The notes under the pieces: model-generated
Database searches by the model: none
What the model was told of the DNA's origin: nothing
What the model saw: the letters and a program-made list of their open reading frames with translations, nothing else
Program-made: the position numbers and the translations under genes
Part shown: in pieces, positions 46,020 to 54,058 of the stretch
How the letters are laid out: each line of letters opens with the position of its first letter
How positions within the stretch are numbered: the first letter of the stretch is position 1
From: an uncultured Eubacteriales bacterium
Lineage (GTDB): Bacteria > Bacillota > Clostridia > Peptostreptococcales > Anaerovoracaceae
Assembly: GCA_902801255.1 (NCBI GenBank)
Contig: CADCHO010000003.1
Span: 20,188 to 84,187 of the forward strand
Reading direction: 5' to 3'
DNA: 64,000 nucleotides

Positions 46020-47003
46020 CTATTGTTCAAGATGCCAGTACCAGTCATTACCCTTTTTATATGAAACAATATCCAATTCCTGTTTCGCAGATTCAATAGT
46101 CCGCTTCCCTATTCCAGTTGCCATGATGCGTTCAAATATATCGTTACTTATCATGTCTTCGTTATTAAGAAGTAGCATCAAGCAGGCCTTAGCTCTTTCA
46201 ATCTTTCTTTCTCCAAAGCTGCTGCTTGATAATAATTCTTCAGCCGATATGTCATATTTGCCTACCCATTGGAACCCTTTTTCTCTATCAAGTCTGAATG
46301 CATATGCATTTCCTTCTGGTGCAAGGCTGCTTTTAACAGGGACAATTATGCGAATATCTGGATCCTCTTTATCTCTTCCTACCATCAAGACACTTCTTGC
46401 AGCAGCTGCTATATCGATGCTTCCCAAGCCTCTATATATGCTTTTCCCGTTAGATCCGCCTTTATTCATATGGCCTATAAGTACAACAGCACATCCAGAT
46501 TCTTCTGCGTTTTTTGCTAGTGCTGCAAAAGCTGATCTGAATCCTCCGGGTGTCTGACTATCTGTATCTTTTCTGAGAAAAGCTTGAACTGGATCTATGA
46601 CTAAAAGTTTGGCATTTGTGTCTGTTATGGCTTTTCGGAATCGTTCATCTCCAATCGACAGGCCAGCAGCATAATCAGCATTAATAAATGCTACTTTAGA
46701 ACAATCTGCGCCAGCTTTGATCAGCCTTGGTTTAATCGTATCCTCTTTACCATCTTCTGCCCCTTGAAATATGACGGTTTGTGGTTCACATGTAGTTTCC
46801 CCTGTCGGAATACTCCTTCCGGTGGTAATCATTGCGGCAATCTGAAGCATCAATGTCGTTTTACCTTCACCCGGATCACCTTGAACGATCGTTACCTTCC
46901 CATAAGGAATGTACGGATACCATAACCAAGAGACATCCCTGGCTTGTATAGAGTCATAGTATTCCAACTTGTAATAATCATCTTGATTCATAGACATAAG
47001 CAT
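46020..47003 (-). CDS. RecA-fold AAA_25/RepA-like ATPase with a C-terminal wHTH-like tail
   Basis: 327 aa. VTIVQGDPGEGKTTLMLQIAA Walker A, LLVIDPV Walker B, VVLIGHMNKG. Confidence 0.8.
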   Translation of the reverse strand: MLMSMNQDDYYKLEYYDSIQARDVSWLWYPYIPYGKVTIVQGDPGEGKTTLMLQIAAMITTGRSIPTGETTCEPQTVIFQGAEDGKEDTIKPRLIKAGADCSKVAFINADYAAGLSIGDERFRKAITDTNAKLLVIDPVQAFLRKDTDSQTPGGFRSAFAALAKNAEESGCAVVLIGHMNKGGSNGKSIYRGLGSIDIAAAARSVLMVGRDKEDPDIRIIVPVKSSLAPEGNAYAFRLDREKGFQWVGKYDISAEELLSSSSFGERKIERAKACLMLLLNNEDMISNDIFERIMATGIGKRTIESAKQELDIVSYKKGNDWYWHLEQ

Positions 47004-47050
47004 AATATAAAGCTGTTCCGTTTATGTTCTATTTAGGCTAATTCTATTAA

Positions 47051-47097
47051 TAATAATCTATATAGATTATTATATCTTCCTCAAAAATCGTTTACAA
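47051..47097 (-). promoter_or_regulatory. Near-consensus sigma-A promoter overlapped by a perfect 22-bp palindromic operator
   Basis: The minus strand reads TTGTAA (47097-92), a 17-nt spacer, then TATAAT (47074-69). The palindrome TAATAATCTATATAGATTATTA lies at 47051-47072. The site sits between the divergent HTH gene (47160 +) and the AAA_25/recombinase operon. Confidence 0.7.
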
Positions 47098-47108
47098 TCT
47101 TAATGTAC

Positions 47109-47654
47109 TTAAACACTTTCGTTTAATGCATGGGGTAAACTATAAGAGGTGCATTTCCTATGGAACTCGACTATGTGAAAATCGGTCAGAGAATAAAAGC
47201 AGCAAGAACTGCAAAAGGGTATACACAATACAAGCTTGCAAAAGTCACTAATATATCCCAGGCTCATATTGGTCATATAGAAGTTGGATCTACAAAGCTT
47301 GCGCTTTCTCCATTCAAGAAGCATTCCATTGAGTTTTTCATCATGTATTATAACAACCACCTCATTATTGATTCTTTTGACATCAACCGAATAACCATTG
47401 TCCTCCAGTTCAAAAAGGATCCTCATTACATCCTTCGGCTCATATCCCTCTGGTCCTCTCAGGGCACCTTCACTGACACCGAGCGCTTCTGCTAGCTTTT
47501 TTATCGTTTCTTCATTAGGCGCTCTTAGGCCTCTTTCATATTGGGCAATTCTGATATCTGCACTTCGATATGGATAATGCATCTCTAAGCCTACTTCCTT
47601 TTGTGTTAAGCCTCTGACCTTCCTAGCATATAAAATCCTATCTCCAATATTCAT
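47109..47654 (-). CDS. XRE-family HTH regulator; only the first ~120 codons (47654..~47295) look native
   Basis: MNIGDRILYARKVRGLTQKEVG...IKKLAEALGVS...LEWRKRKL. The remaining ~60 codons (Cys/Phe-rich) are antisense to the + HTH fragment. Confidence 0.7.
   Translation of the reverse strand: MNIGDRILYARKVRGLTQKEVGLEMHYPYRSADIRIAQYERGLRAPNEETIKKLAEALGVSEGALRGPEGYEPKDVMRILFELEDNGYSVDVKRINNEVVVIIHDEKLNGMLLEWRKRKLCRSNFYMTNMSLGYISDFCKLVLCIPFCSSCCFYSLTDFHIVEFHRKCTSYSLPHALNESV
47160..47297 (+). pseudogene. 5' fragment (~46 codons) of an XRE/Cro-type HTH repressor gene
   Basis: AGAGGTG RBS. MELDYVKIGQRIKAARTAKGYTQYKLAKVTNISQAHIGHIEVGSTKL is a good HTH_3 N-terminus. After ~47297 the frame is merely antisense to the convergent XRE gene. 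Confidence 0.55.
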
Positions 47655-48099
47655 CGTGTATTCCTTTCTTTGCTACCATCTGCTCGATCAAATCATCAAA
47701 TTTAAACTTTATCTCAATATGCTCTGAATCATATATGCAGTCGATCAGGATATAGTCATAATCCTTCTTCACATCCTTCAAGAGATTGCTTAGTTGTTTC
47801 TTTTCAGAGTATTCTTTTTCTACAGCGTGTCCAATACCTTTCCCCCCTACTTTTCGAGCAACCAATCTCATCGGTTTACGTACAACTCGGTTACTGTACT
47901 TCTCTACGTTTTCAGACAAATTACAATCAATATCCGTTCTTCCTGAAGCAATAAAGGCTGCCAGTCTTCTTTCAAGCAGCTTTGTCCTTGGTCCAGTGGT
48001 AATCCATCCTGATTCCAGTGTCTTAGCTACTTCCATTATTTCAGCTTCAGTTATGTCTGGTGGGCTGAAAGGTATTATTCTTCTGATTTTTTCTCTCAT
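47638..48099 (-). pseudogene. Chimeric ORF: 5' fragment of a DegT-family aminotransferase fused to unrelated sequence (ParA-like snippet)
   Basis: IPFSPPDITEAEIMEVAKTLESGWITTGPRTKLLERRLAAFI is a DegT N-terminus. The rest of the ~380-aa fold is missing. The later ..KKDYDYILIDC.. resembles the ParA Walker B region. Confidence 0.6.
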
Positions 48100-48111
48100 C
48101 TTATTTACCCT

Positions 48112-50214
48112 CTATAATTTCTCCGTCTTTTTTGCTAGCATCTCTATCATCTGTCGCTCATATGCTTCAGTCTTTCTATCTGTTCCGTGTCTACCAGCTG
48201 GATGATATGTATCTACATATGACTCCACTATTCCTCTAATATCTTCGTCCCTATCTTCATAAGCTGCGTCAAATAACGCAGGAAGTCTCTCTATAAATTC
48301 ATCTTCATCAAAAGGTATTGGTTTGCCTATATTGATCAACTTGTTGGATGTTTTTGTCATTCCTTCTTCATCCATAAGTCTTTCTTCAAACAATTTCTCG
48401 CCTGGCCTAAGCCCTGTATATACTATTTGAATATCTTCATCAGGTTTCAATCCGGAGAGTTTAATCATATTTCTTGCCAAATCATCAATTTTTACAGGAG
48501 TCCCCATATCTAATACGAAAATCCTCCCTTCGCCACCGAATGTAGCCGCTTGAAGTACCAGTGCAGCAGCCTCTGGTATTGTCATAAAATACCTAATAAT
48601 ATCAGGATGTGTGACTGTGACTGGGCCACCAGCTGCTATTTGTTCCCTAAATCTAGGAATTACAGATCCATTTGAGCCAAGAACATTCCCGAACCTTACT
48701 GCAACAAACTTTGTTCTAGGCTTTTCAGGTGGAATGAGTGTGTAATCTGTTCCTTCTTTTGCTTGGTCATTTTTTACCATAAATGTATTACTATCAGTAT
48801 GCATATCCGGTATTTCATTTGCTTTGCCTTCTGCGATTTTCTTTGCAAAAGATTGAACTATCATTTCACAAAGCCTCTTGCTGGCTCCCATTATATTAAC
48901 TGGATTTACTGCTTTGTCCGTGGAAATGAGGACAAACTTCTCACAGTTAAATGCCATTGCAGCGTATGCAGTGAAATATGTGCCCATGACATTGTTCTTG
49001 ATTGACTCACATGGACTATCCTCCATCAAAGGCACATGCTTATGTGCTGCAGCATGAAATACAATATCAGGTTTATATTCTTCAAATAATTTCTTAACTC
49101 TTCGGCTGTTTCTAACGGATCCTATTAGGGTGACAAGATTCAACTCAGGATATTTATCCATGAGTTCCAATTTGATAGCATGCGCATTATTTTCATATAC
49201 ATCAAATATGATTAATTGCTTCAAATCAGGTACGCTTGCTACCTGCCTACAAAGCTCAGATCCAATTGACCCTCCTCCACCTGTAATAAGCACGGTCTTA
49301 CCCGATAGATATTTTTGCACTTCTTTAGAGTTTAGTTTTACTGGCTCACGTCCAAGAAGATCTTCTACATCTACTTTCCTAAGAGAGCTAACAGATACAT
49401 CCCCTAAAGCCAACTGATACATTCCTGGTAAATTCATGATTTCGCAGTCTGTTTCCCTGCAGATATCTATGATTTTCTTTCGCTCTTTTGCAGAGATACT
49501 TGGAAGTGCAATATATATTTTATCTACATCAAGTCTACGAACAGTTTCAATAATCGATTCTCTTCCACCAACAACTGGTACTCCATCTATATCGCGGCCC
49601 CATTTATTTTTGTTATCATCGATAAAAGCAACTATTTGTTCCTTCATATCTGCCGTTCTCTTTACGTCCCTGCTAAGGAGTTGGCCTGCGCTTCCAGCGC
49701 CGATTATCAAGACACGGCTGTAGCTTTTTTTTGCATTACTTGCTCTTAATAATAGGATAAATCTATATGAAAACCTTACTGCAGTAATCAAAAATGCCTG
49801 CAATATAGCACCCATGATGAAGTAAGAATACGGCATCCTGTTTACTGTATACTCTGTGTTCTGTATTAGGCCATGAAGAACGATTGTTACACCAATTATA
49901 TGTATTATTGTTGTAGTGATCGATGCTACAGTAATTCGTTGAAGCTCTTTAAAACTTGCAAATCTCCATATACTATTGTAAAGACGGCAAACCCAGAAAA
50001 CTAATACGCATAAAAAAGCATACAAAGGAGCAAAGTAAAGCCATGGTTGGTAATAAATAACTGGAATTCTTGAAAAAGAAAAATCAAATCGAATTAATAA
50101 AGCAAGTAAATAAGCTGCTGTTACCGCAATTAAATCGTATGCGACCAGATAAAAGGACACTAGATGCCAATGCATTATTCTTTTATTTCTTTTCATTCTT
50201 TTCTTGTTGTCCAT
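48112..50214 (-). CDS. CapD/PglF/WbpM-type membrane-anchored UDP-sugar 4,6-dehydratase (full length, AT-rich)
   Basis: N-terminal TM block, LIIGAGSAGQLL, VLITGGGGSIGSEL. The longest ORF starts at TTG 50223; ATG 50214 (MDNKKRMKRNKR) is preferred. Confidence 0.85.
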   Translation of the reverse strand: MDNKKRMKRNKRIMHWHLVSFYLVAYDLIAVTAAYLLALLIRFDFSFSRIPVIYYQPWLYFAPLYAFLCVLVFWVCRLYNSIWRFASFKELQRITVASITTTIIHIIGVTIVLHGLIQNTEYTVNRMPYSYFIMGAILQAFLITAVRFSYRFILLLRASNAKKSYSRVLIIGAGSAGQLLSRDVKRTADMKEQIVAFIDDNKNKWGRDIDGVPVVGGRESIIETVRRLDVDKIYIALPSISAKERKKIIDICRETDCEIMNLPGMYQLALGDVSVSSLRKVDVEDLLGREPVKLNSKEVQKYLSGKTVLITGGGGSIGSELCRQVASVPDLKQLIIFDVYENNAHAIKLELMDKYPELNLVTLIGSVRNSRRVKKLFEEYKPDIVFHAAAHKHVPLMEDSPCESIKNNVMGTYFTAYAAMAFNCEKFVLISTDKAVNPVNIMGASKRLCEMIVQSFAKKIAEGKANEIPDMHTDSNTFMVKNDQAKEGTDYTLIPPEKPRTKFVAVRFGNVLGSNGSVIPRFREQIAAGGPVTVTHPDIIRYFMTIPEAAALVLQAATFGGEGRIFVLDMGTPVKIDDLARNMIKLSGLKPDEDIQIVYTGLRPGEKLFEERLMDEEGMTKTSNKLINIGKPIPFDEDEFIERLPALFDAAYEDRDEDIRGIVESYVDTYHPAGRHGTDRKTEAYERQMIEMLAKKTEKL

Positions 50215-50289
50215 TACAATCAATCTTTCTTCAACTGTTTTAATTGATTTAGCCAGCTAATATTCTTTATCTATGATCAATACGACAAA

Positions 50290-50318
50290 CAGCCTTTAGA
50301 TTTGTTATCTAAAGGCTG
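50290..50318 (-). terminator. Perfect 12-bp hairpin between the capD fragment and the full-length capD
   Basis: CAGCCTTTAGAT-ttgtt-ATCTAAAGGCTG. On the minus strand it is followed by UUUGUCGUAUUG, a modest U-tract. Confidence 0.5.
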
Positions 50319-50464
50319 CAAGTACAGTTCCATGTTTTAACTTTTTTCCAGTATCTTGGGCCAAACTGGAGACTAATAGAAACCGTTTGGACCTGCAATA
50401 CTGTAAACAACTAAAACTGAAAAGTCTTGCAACCTGGTCAAAGCCAGTGTTTCCAACGGTTTTC

Positions 50465-51007
50465 TTAAGTTGTCCCTATTATACTATTCAACCCTATAAG
50501 CATTATGTTGCTCTCAGAGTTCCTGTCTCTGCTCGCTCTGAGAAGTAATATGAATCTATATGAGAAGCGGACAGCTACTATTAATATGAACTGGAACAGT
50601 CCTCCGAGTATGTAATAGGAAAAAGGCATTCTGTTAAGGGTGTACTCTGTGCCTCTTGTAAGAATGTTGAGGACTATGGTCACGCCTACAATATGTATGA
50701 CAGTAGTGACTATAGTCGCCTGAGTGATCCTTAACAATTCAGTGAAGCTTGCAAATCTCCAAATGCTCCTGTACAGTCTGGCTCTCCAGAACACGAGTAT
50801 ACAAATTACCGCATAAAAAGGCGCAAACAGCGCCCATGGTTGTAAGTAAATGACAGGTATTCTGGAGAAAGCAAAATCGAATCTGAGCAGAAGTGCCATA
50901 AAGTACGCTAAAGTGACTGCTATCAGGTCATAAGAAACCAGATATAATGACACCAGCTGCCAGTGCTCAAAACCAAATATTCTCTTTTTGTTGTTTTTCT
51001 TATCCAA
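50465..51007 (-). pseudogene. Truncated capD: N-terminal membrane domain only (180 codons)
   Basis: Collinear with and similar to residues 1-~175 of 48112..50214. Both share the FSRIPVIY motif (FAFSRIPVIYLQPW here, FSFSRIPVIYYQPW in the full-length gene), as well as SIWRFASF and VRFSYRFILLLRAS. It ends where the Rossmann GAGSAG motif should begin (..NIMLIGLNSIIGTT*). TTG start. Confidence 0.75.
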
Positions 51008-51719
51008 GTAATTCCTCTGTGTATTTGTCTATTTGTGCGAGCCGCTCCGCGCCGCAGCGCTTTTCTATGGCGGCGCGGGCATCGGCGAGGTTTGGCTTTC
51101 TGTCTGTAAGGTTATGGCAATCCGAGCCGATGATGACATTGTCATAGCGGCTCAGCAGCTCCATACTTGTTTTGTGCATGTGATTGCGTCTGAAGATTGA
51201 TCCTGCATCGATTATGTCTTCGCAGTTGAGCTGTATGGTGAGCGGCATATCCAGCAGGCAGTCCCATACGTGCCTGCTCTTCTGAAAATGCTCATAGCGC
51301 TCCAGGTGGGCAAGTATAATGTGCAGGCCGCGCCTGTCCATCAGCTCGCTGATGTCTTTTGAGATGTCGCTGTGCCACTGAGCAAAAGGCAGCTCGAGCA
51401 GCAATATGTCGGTGCCTTCTATGCAGAGATCCTCGAGCTGCTTAGCGCGGCCGATGCCGCTGAAGTAATACACTTCAGCGCCGGCTGTGATTCGAGGCAG
51501 ATCAGGCTCTTTTACCAACAGTTCCTTTGTCTTCTCAAAAGCCCTGTTGCGTCGCTCCAGAAAACTCTCTATCGATCTTCTGTGTGCATAGAAATGCGGG
51601 GTAGCATAGATATGAGACACGCCCATGGTCTGCTCCATGTGAAGCATCTTTTCTGTCATGTCTATATCTCTGCTGCCATCGTCGATACCGGGTAAAATGT
51701 GTGTGTGAAAATCTATCAT
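51000..51719 (-). CDS. cpsB: PHP-family tyrosine-protein phosphatase (CpsB/CapC type)
   Basis: 239 aa. MIDFHTHILPGIDDGS. Confidence 0.9.
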   Translation of the reverse strand: MIDFHTHILPGIDDGSRDIDMTEKMLHMEQTMGVSHIYATPHFYAHRRSIESFLERRNRAFEKTKELLVKEPDLPRITAGAEVYYFSGIGRAKQLEDLCIEGTDILLLELPFAQWHSDISKDISELMDRRGLHIILAHLERYEHFQKSRHVWDCLLDMPLTIQLNCEDIIDAGSIFRRNHMHKTSMELLSRYDNVIIGSDCHNLTDRKPNLADARAAIEKRCGAERLAQIDKYTEELLG

Positions 51720-51738
51720 TTGTCTTTAGTTAGAAAAG

Positions 51739-51774
51739 ACCGCCCGGGTTTGGTGATCCGCCAACCCGGGCGGT
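51739..51774 (-). terminator. GC-rich 12-bp hairpin inside the cps regulatory operon (terminator/attenuator candidate)
   Basis: ACCGCCCGGGTT (51739-50) pairs with AACCCGGGCGGT (51763-74). On the minus strand it is followed by CUUUUCUAACUAAAG, just upstream of the cpsB ATG. Confidence 0.5.
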
Positions 51775-51807
51775 ACAGTTGCACAACTGTTGCAATGCTT
51801 GAAAAAG

Positions 51808-52383
51808 CTATGCGATAGTAACAGTCTTAGCTGCCGATGGCTTGCTTACATACTTGCCGTTCTTCTCAGTAACAGTGATCTTCCATGTACCGGCTTCGAG
51901 TTTCAGCTTAGCCGAACGGGATTTAACGGTCTTCTTGACTACTTTTCCGTCAGCTCTTACGCAAGTGATGACATACTTCTTAGCGCACTTTCTCTTAGCC
52001 CACTTTACAGTAACGGTCTTGCCTTTCTTCTTTGCACTCTTGATCTTTGTACTGCAAGTGATCTTGTAGAATGTCTGGCCTGCAATCCTGACCTCATAGT
52101 TTTTGTGCTTCTTGAGGCCTGTGATGTTAGCAGCTCCGTTGGTAACTGCAACGGTCTTCCACTTTCCGCCCTTGACTCTGTACTCTGCAGCAGGAGCGCT
52201 TGTGGTAACATTGATCGACGTATTGCTGGCTACCTCAACACTTGTAGGCACTACTTGAGGTGTAGGTGTTACAGGCTTTGTTGGTGATGGAGCACCTGCT
52301 GCGAATACGCTGATTCCGGATGTCATCATCAGAGCAAGAGCAACGAATACTGCGATCAGTCTGCTTGTTCTTTTTGCACCCAT
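51808..52383 (-). CDS. Exported protein with a Lys-rich FN3-like C-terminal module
   Basis: Start trimmed to ATG 52383 (MGAKRTSRLIAVFVALALMMTSGISVFA) with an AAAGGAGG RBS. Confidence 0.7.
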   Translation of the reverse strand: MGAKRTSRLIAVFVALALMMTSGISVFAAGAPSPTKPVTPTPQVVPTSVEVASNTSINVTTSAPAAEYRVKGGKWKTVAVTNGAANITGLKKHKNYEVRIAGQTFYKITCSTKIKSAKKKGKTVTVKWAKRKCAKKYVITCVRADGKVVKKTVKSRSAKLKLEAGTWKITVTEKNGKYVSKPSAAKTVTIA

Positions 52384-52448
52384 TGGTTTTTTCCTCCTTT
52401 CTTCGATTGTTCTATATAGCAAGCGGTTCCCGGGAACCGCTGACTATC

Positions 52449-53192
52449 TTATTTGTCTCCCGTGCCGTAGTAGGTACCGTAGTACTTGCCGTAGTACTTG
52501 CCGCCGTACTTCTTGCCGTAATATCCGCCCTTGTTCTCGTTGACTCTGTTGAGCACTATGCCGAGAAGCGGGCAGCCTGCTCTTTCGAGCTGCCTTACGG
52601 ATTCTCTTACTACGCCCTTAGGTGTGGCTGCGCTTCTTACGCACAGTATCGCACCATCGCACAGGTTTCCTATTTTTTCACCGTCAGACACCAGCCCCAG
52701 CGGCGGTGCATCGATGAACACATATTTATAACGCTTCGCAAGTCCGTCGAGCAGCACCATGAATCTTTTGGATTCGAGCAGCATTGACGGGTTGACGATA
52801 TTTTCTACATTAGGTATAAGGTCTCCGTAGCCGTACTTTGTGTGCACCAGCACTTCTTCGAGTGAAGCATTGCCTGCCAGCAGATGCGATGTTCCCTTCA
52901 TCTCCTTGCCGTCTTCTCTGTGCAGATCATACTTTGTATACAGAGTTGAATTACGCATGTCAGCATCCAGAAATACTGTCTTTTCCCCTGCCTCTGCCAT
53001 CTGGTTCCACAGATTGAGTGCGAGGAAAGACTTTCCTTCGTTAGGCTCTGAGCTGATAATCATTATTTTGCGTACATCGCTTCCCAGGAAGGATATGTTG
53101 ATCCTGAGTCTGTTGACCGCCTCTTCGACAGAGTAAGGCAGCTGAGGTGTGTTGCCGAACACGACCATATTTTCTTTATATATCGTTTCCAT
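52449..53192 (-). CDS. cpsD: BY-kinase (CpsD/CapB-type tyrosine autokinase) with a C-terminal Tyr cluster
   Basis: 247 aa. SSEPNEGKSF Walker A, FLDADMRN, VFIDAPPLG, tail GGYYGKKYGGKYYGKYYGTYYGTGDK. Confidence 0.9.
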   Translation of the reverse strand: METIYKENMVVFGNTPQLPYSVEEAVNRLRINISFLGSDVRKIMIISSEPNEGKSFLALNLWNQMAEAGEKTVFLDADMRNSTLYTKYDLHREDGKEMKGTSHLLAGNASLEEVLVHTKYGYGDLIPNVENIVNPSMLLESKRFMVLLDGLAKRYKYVFIDAPPLGLVSDGEKIGNLCDGAILCVRSAATPKGVVRESVRQLERAGCPLLGIVLNRVNENKGGYYGKKYGGKYYGKYYGTYYGTGDK

Positions 53193-53199
53193 ATCTCAC

Positions 53200-54027
53200 C
53201 TACCTGCCTATGCTGCTTGCCTTTTTACGGCTCTTTCCGTATTTACCGAACTTACCGTATTTGCCGAACACTCCGCGTCTGCGTTGCCTAGCCTTCTCAT
53301 CTGAGGAGTCAAGGCCTTCTATCTTACCCTCAGGTATGACTGTGAGCGGCATTACTCCGAATTCTCTCTCAATATCTTCTGCTGTCTTGAACGTGTCGTC
53401 CATCAGGAACTGCACTGTGAAGATCGCCAGCATTATAAGCAGTCCCAGCAGAGCTCCTATCATTGTATTCTTTGTGAGGCTCGGTGAACTCCTGTTGACC
53501 GGCACTATCGCGTACTCAGCGATATGCGGCTCCGGTGTCTCCATCAGCTTTGGCAGCTCGCTGACGCCCTTCTGAGCCAGGGCATTTGCGATATTCATCG
53601 CCTCTTTCTTATCTGTGCTGGTGACATCGATCTTGATGATCCTCGTGTTGTTTACAACAGACAGATTTATCATATTGACCAGCTGATTGTAGCTGTACTC
53701 GAGTCCCTGCTCCTGAATGACGCCCTCTATGATAGGCCTTGTCTTTAGCAGCTCCACATAGTCGCCGGATATGGACTGTCCGATGTTAAGGTCAGTCAGG
53801 TCTACCACTGACTGTGAAGACGAGCTTACCATGTACATCTTCGAGGTTGCTGTATACTTTGGTGTAATGGCGAACTGAGTTATAAGCCCTGCCAGCAATG
53901 CGCCGACAAGAAAAGCTCCGATGATCCACCATATTTTTGTCATGTAAAAACCGAAGAGTTCGATCAGATCGATCTCCATCTCTTCATCTCTTCTGTCCTT
54001 TATCTCGATATCCGTATTCTGATTCAT
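53200..54027 (-). CDS. cpsC: Wzz/CpsC-type chain-length/kinase-modulator membrane protein
   Basis: 275 aa. EIDLIELFGFYMTKIWWIIGAFLVG.., second TM near the C-terminus, unusual tail RRGVFGKYGKFGKYGKSRKK. Confidence 0.85.
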   Translation of the reverse strand: MNQNTDIEIKDRRDEEMEIDLIELFGFYMTKIWWIIGAFLVGALLAGLITQFAITPKYTATSKMYMVSSSSQSVVDLTDLNIGQSISGDYVELLKTRPIIEGVIQEQGLEYSYNQLVNMINLSVVNNTRIIKIDVTSTDKKEAMNIANALAQKGVSELPKLMETPEPHIAEYAIVPVNRSSPSLTKNTMIGALLGLLIMLAIFTVQFLMDDTFKTAEDIEREFGVMPLTVIPEGKIEGLDSSDEKARQRRRGVFGKYGKFGKYGKSRKKASSIGR

Positions 54028-54058
54028 TCCGGGAAAGTGCCTCTCTGTCTGTCGTTAT

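Larger units (their letters stand above)
41137..48100 (-). mobile_element. Serine-recombinase-bearing integrative element or its remnant (boundaries not determined; the AT-rich island may extend to ~50464)
   Basis: Contains a large serine recombinase, an AAA_25/RepA-like ATPase, XRE regulators, a palindromic operator and several truncated genes at its right side. Visibly more AT-rich than the flanking PBP and cps genes. Confidence 0.6.

Noticed and set aside
47160-47495. Full 111-aa + ORF as an intact HTH protein.
   Set aside because: Only the first ~46 residues look like an HTH_3 domain. The remainder is antisense to the well-formed N-terminal half of the minus-strand XRE gene. It is recorded as a fragment instead.
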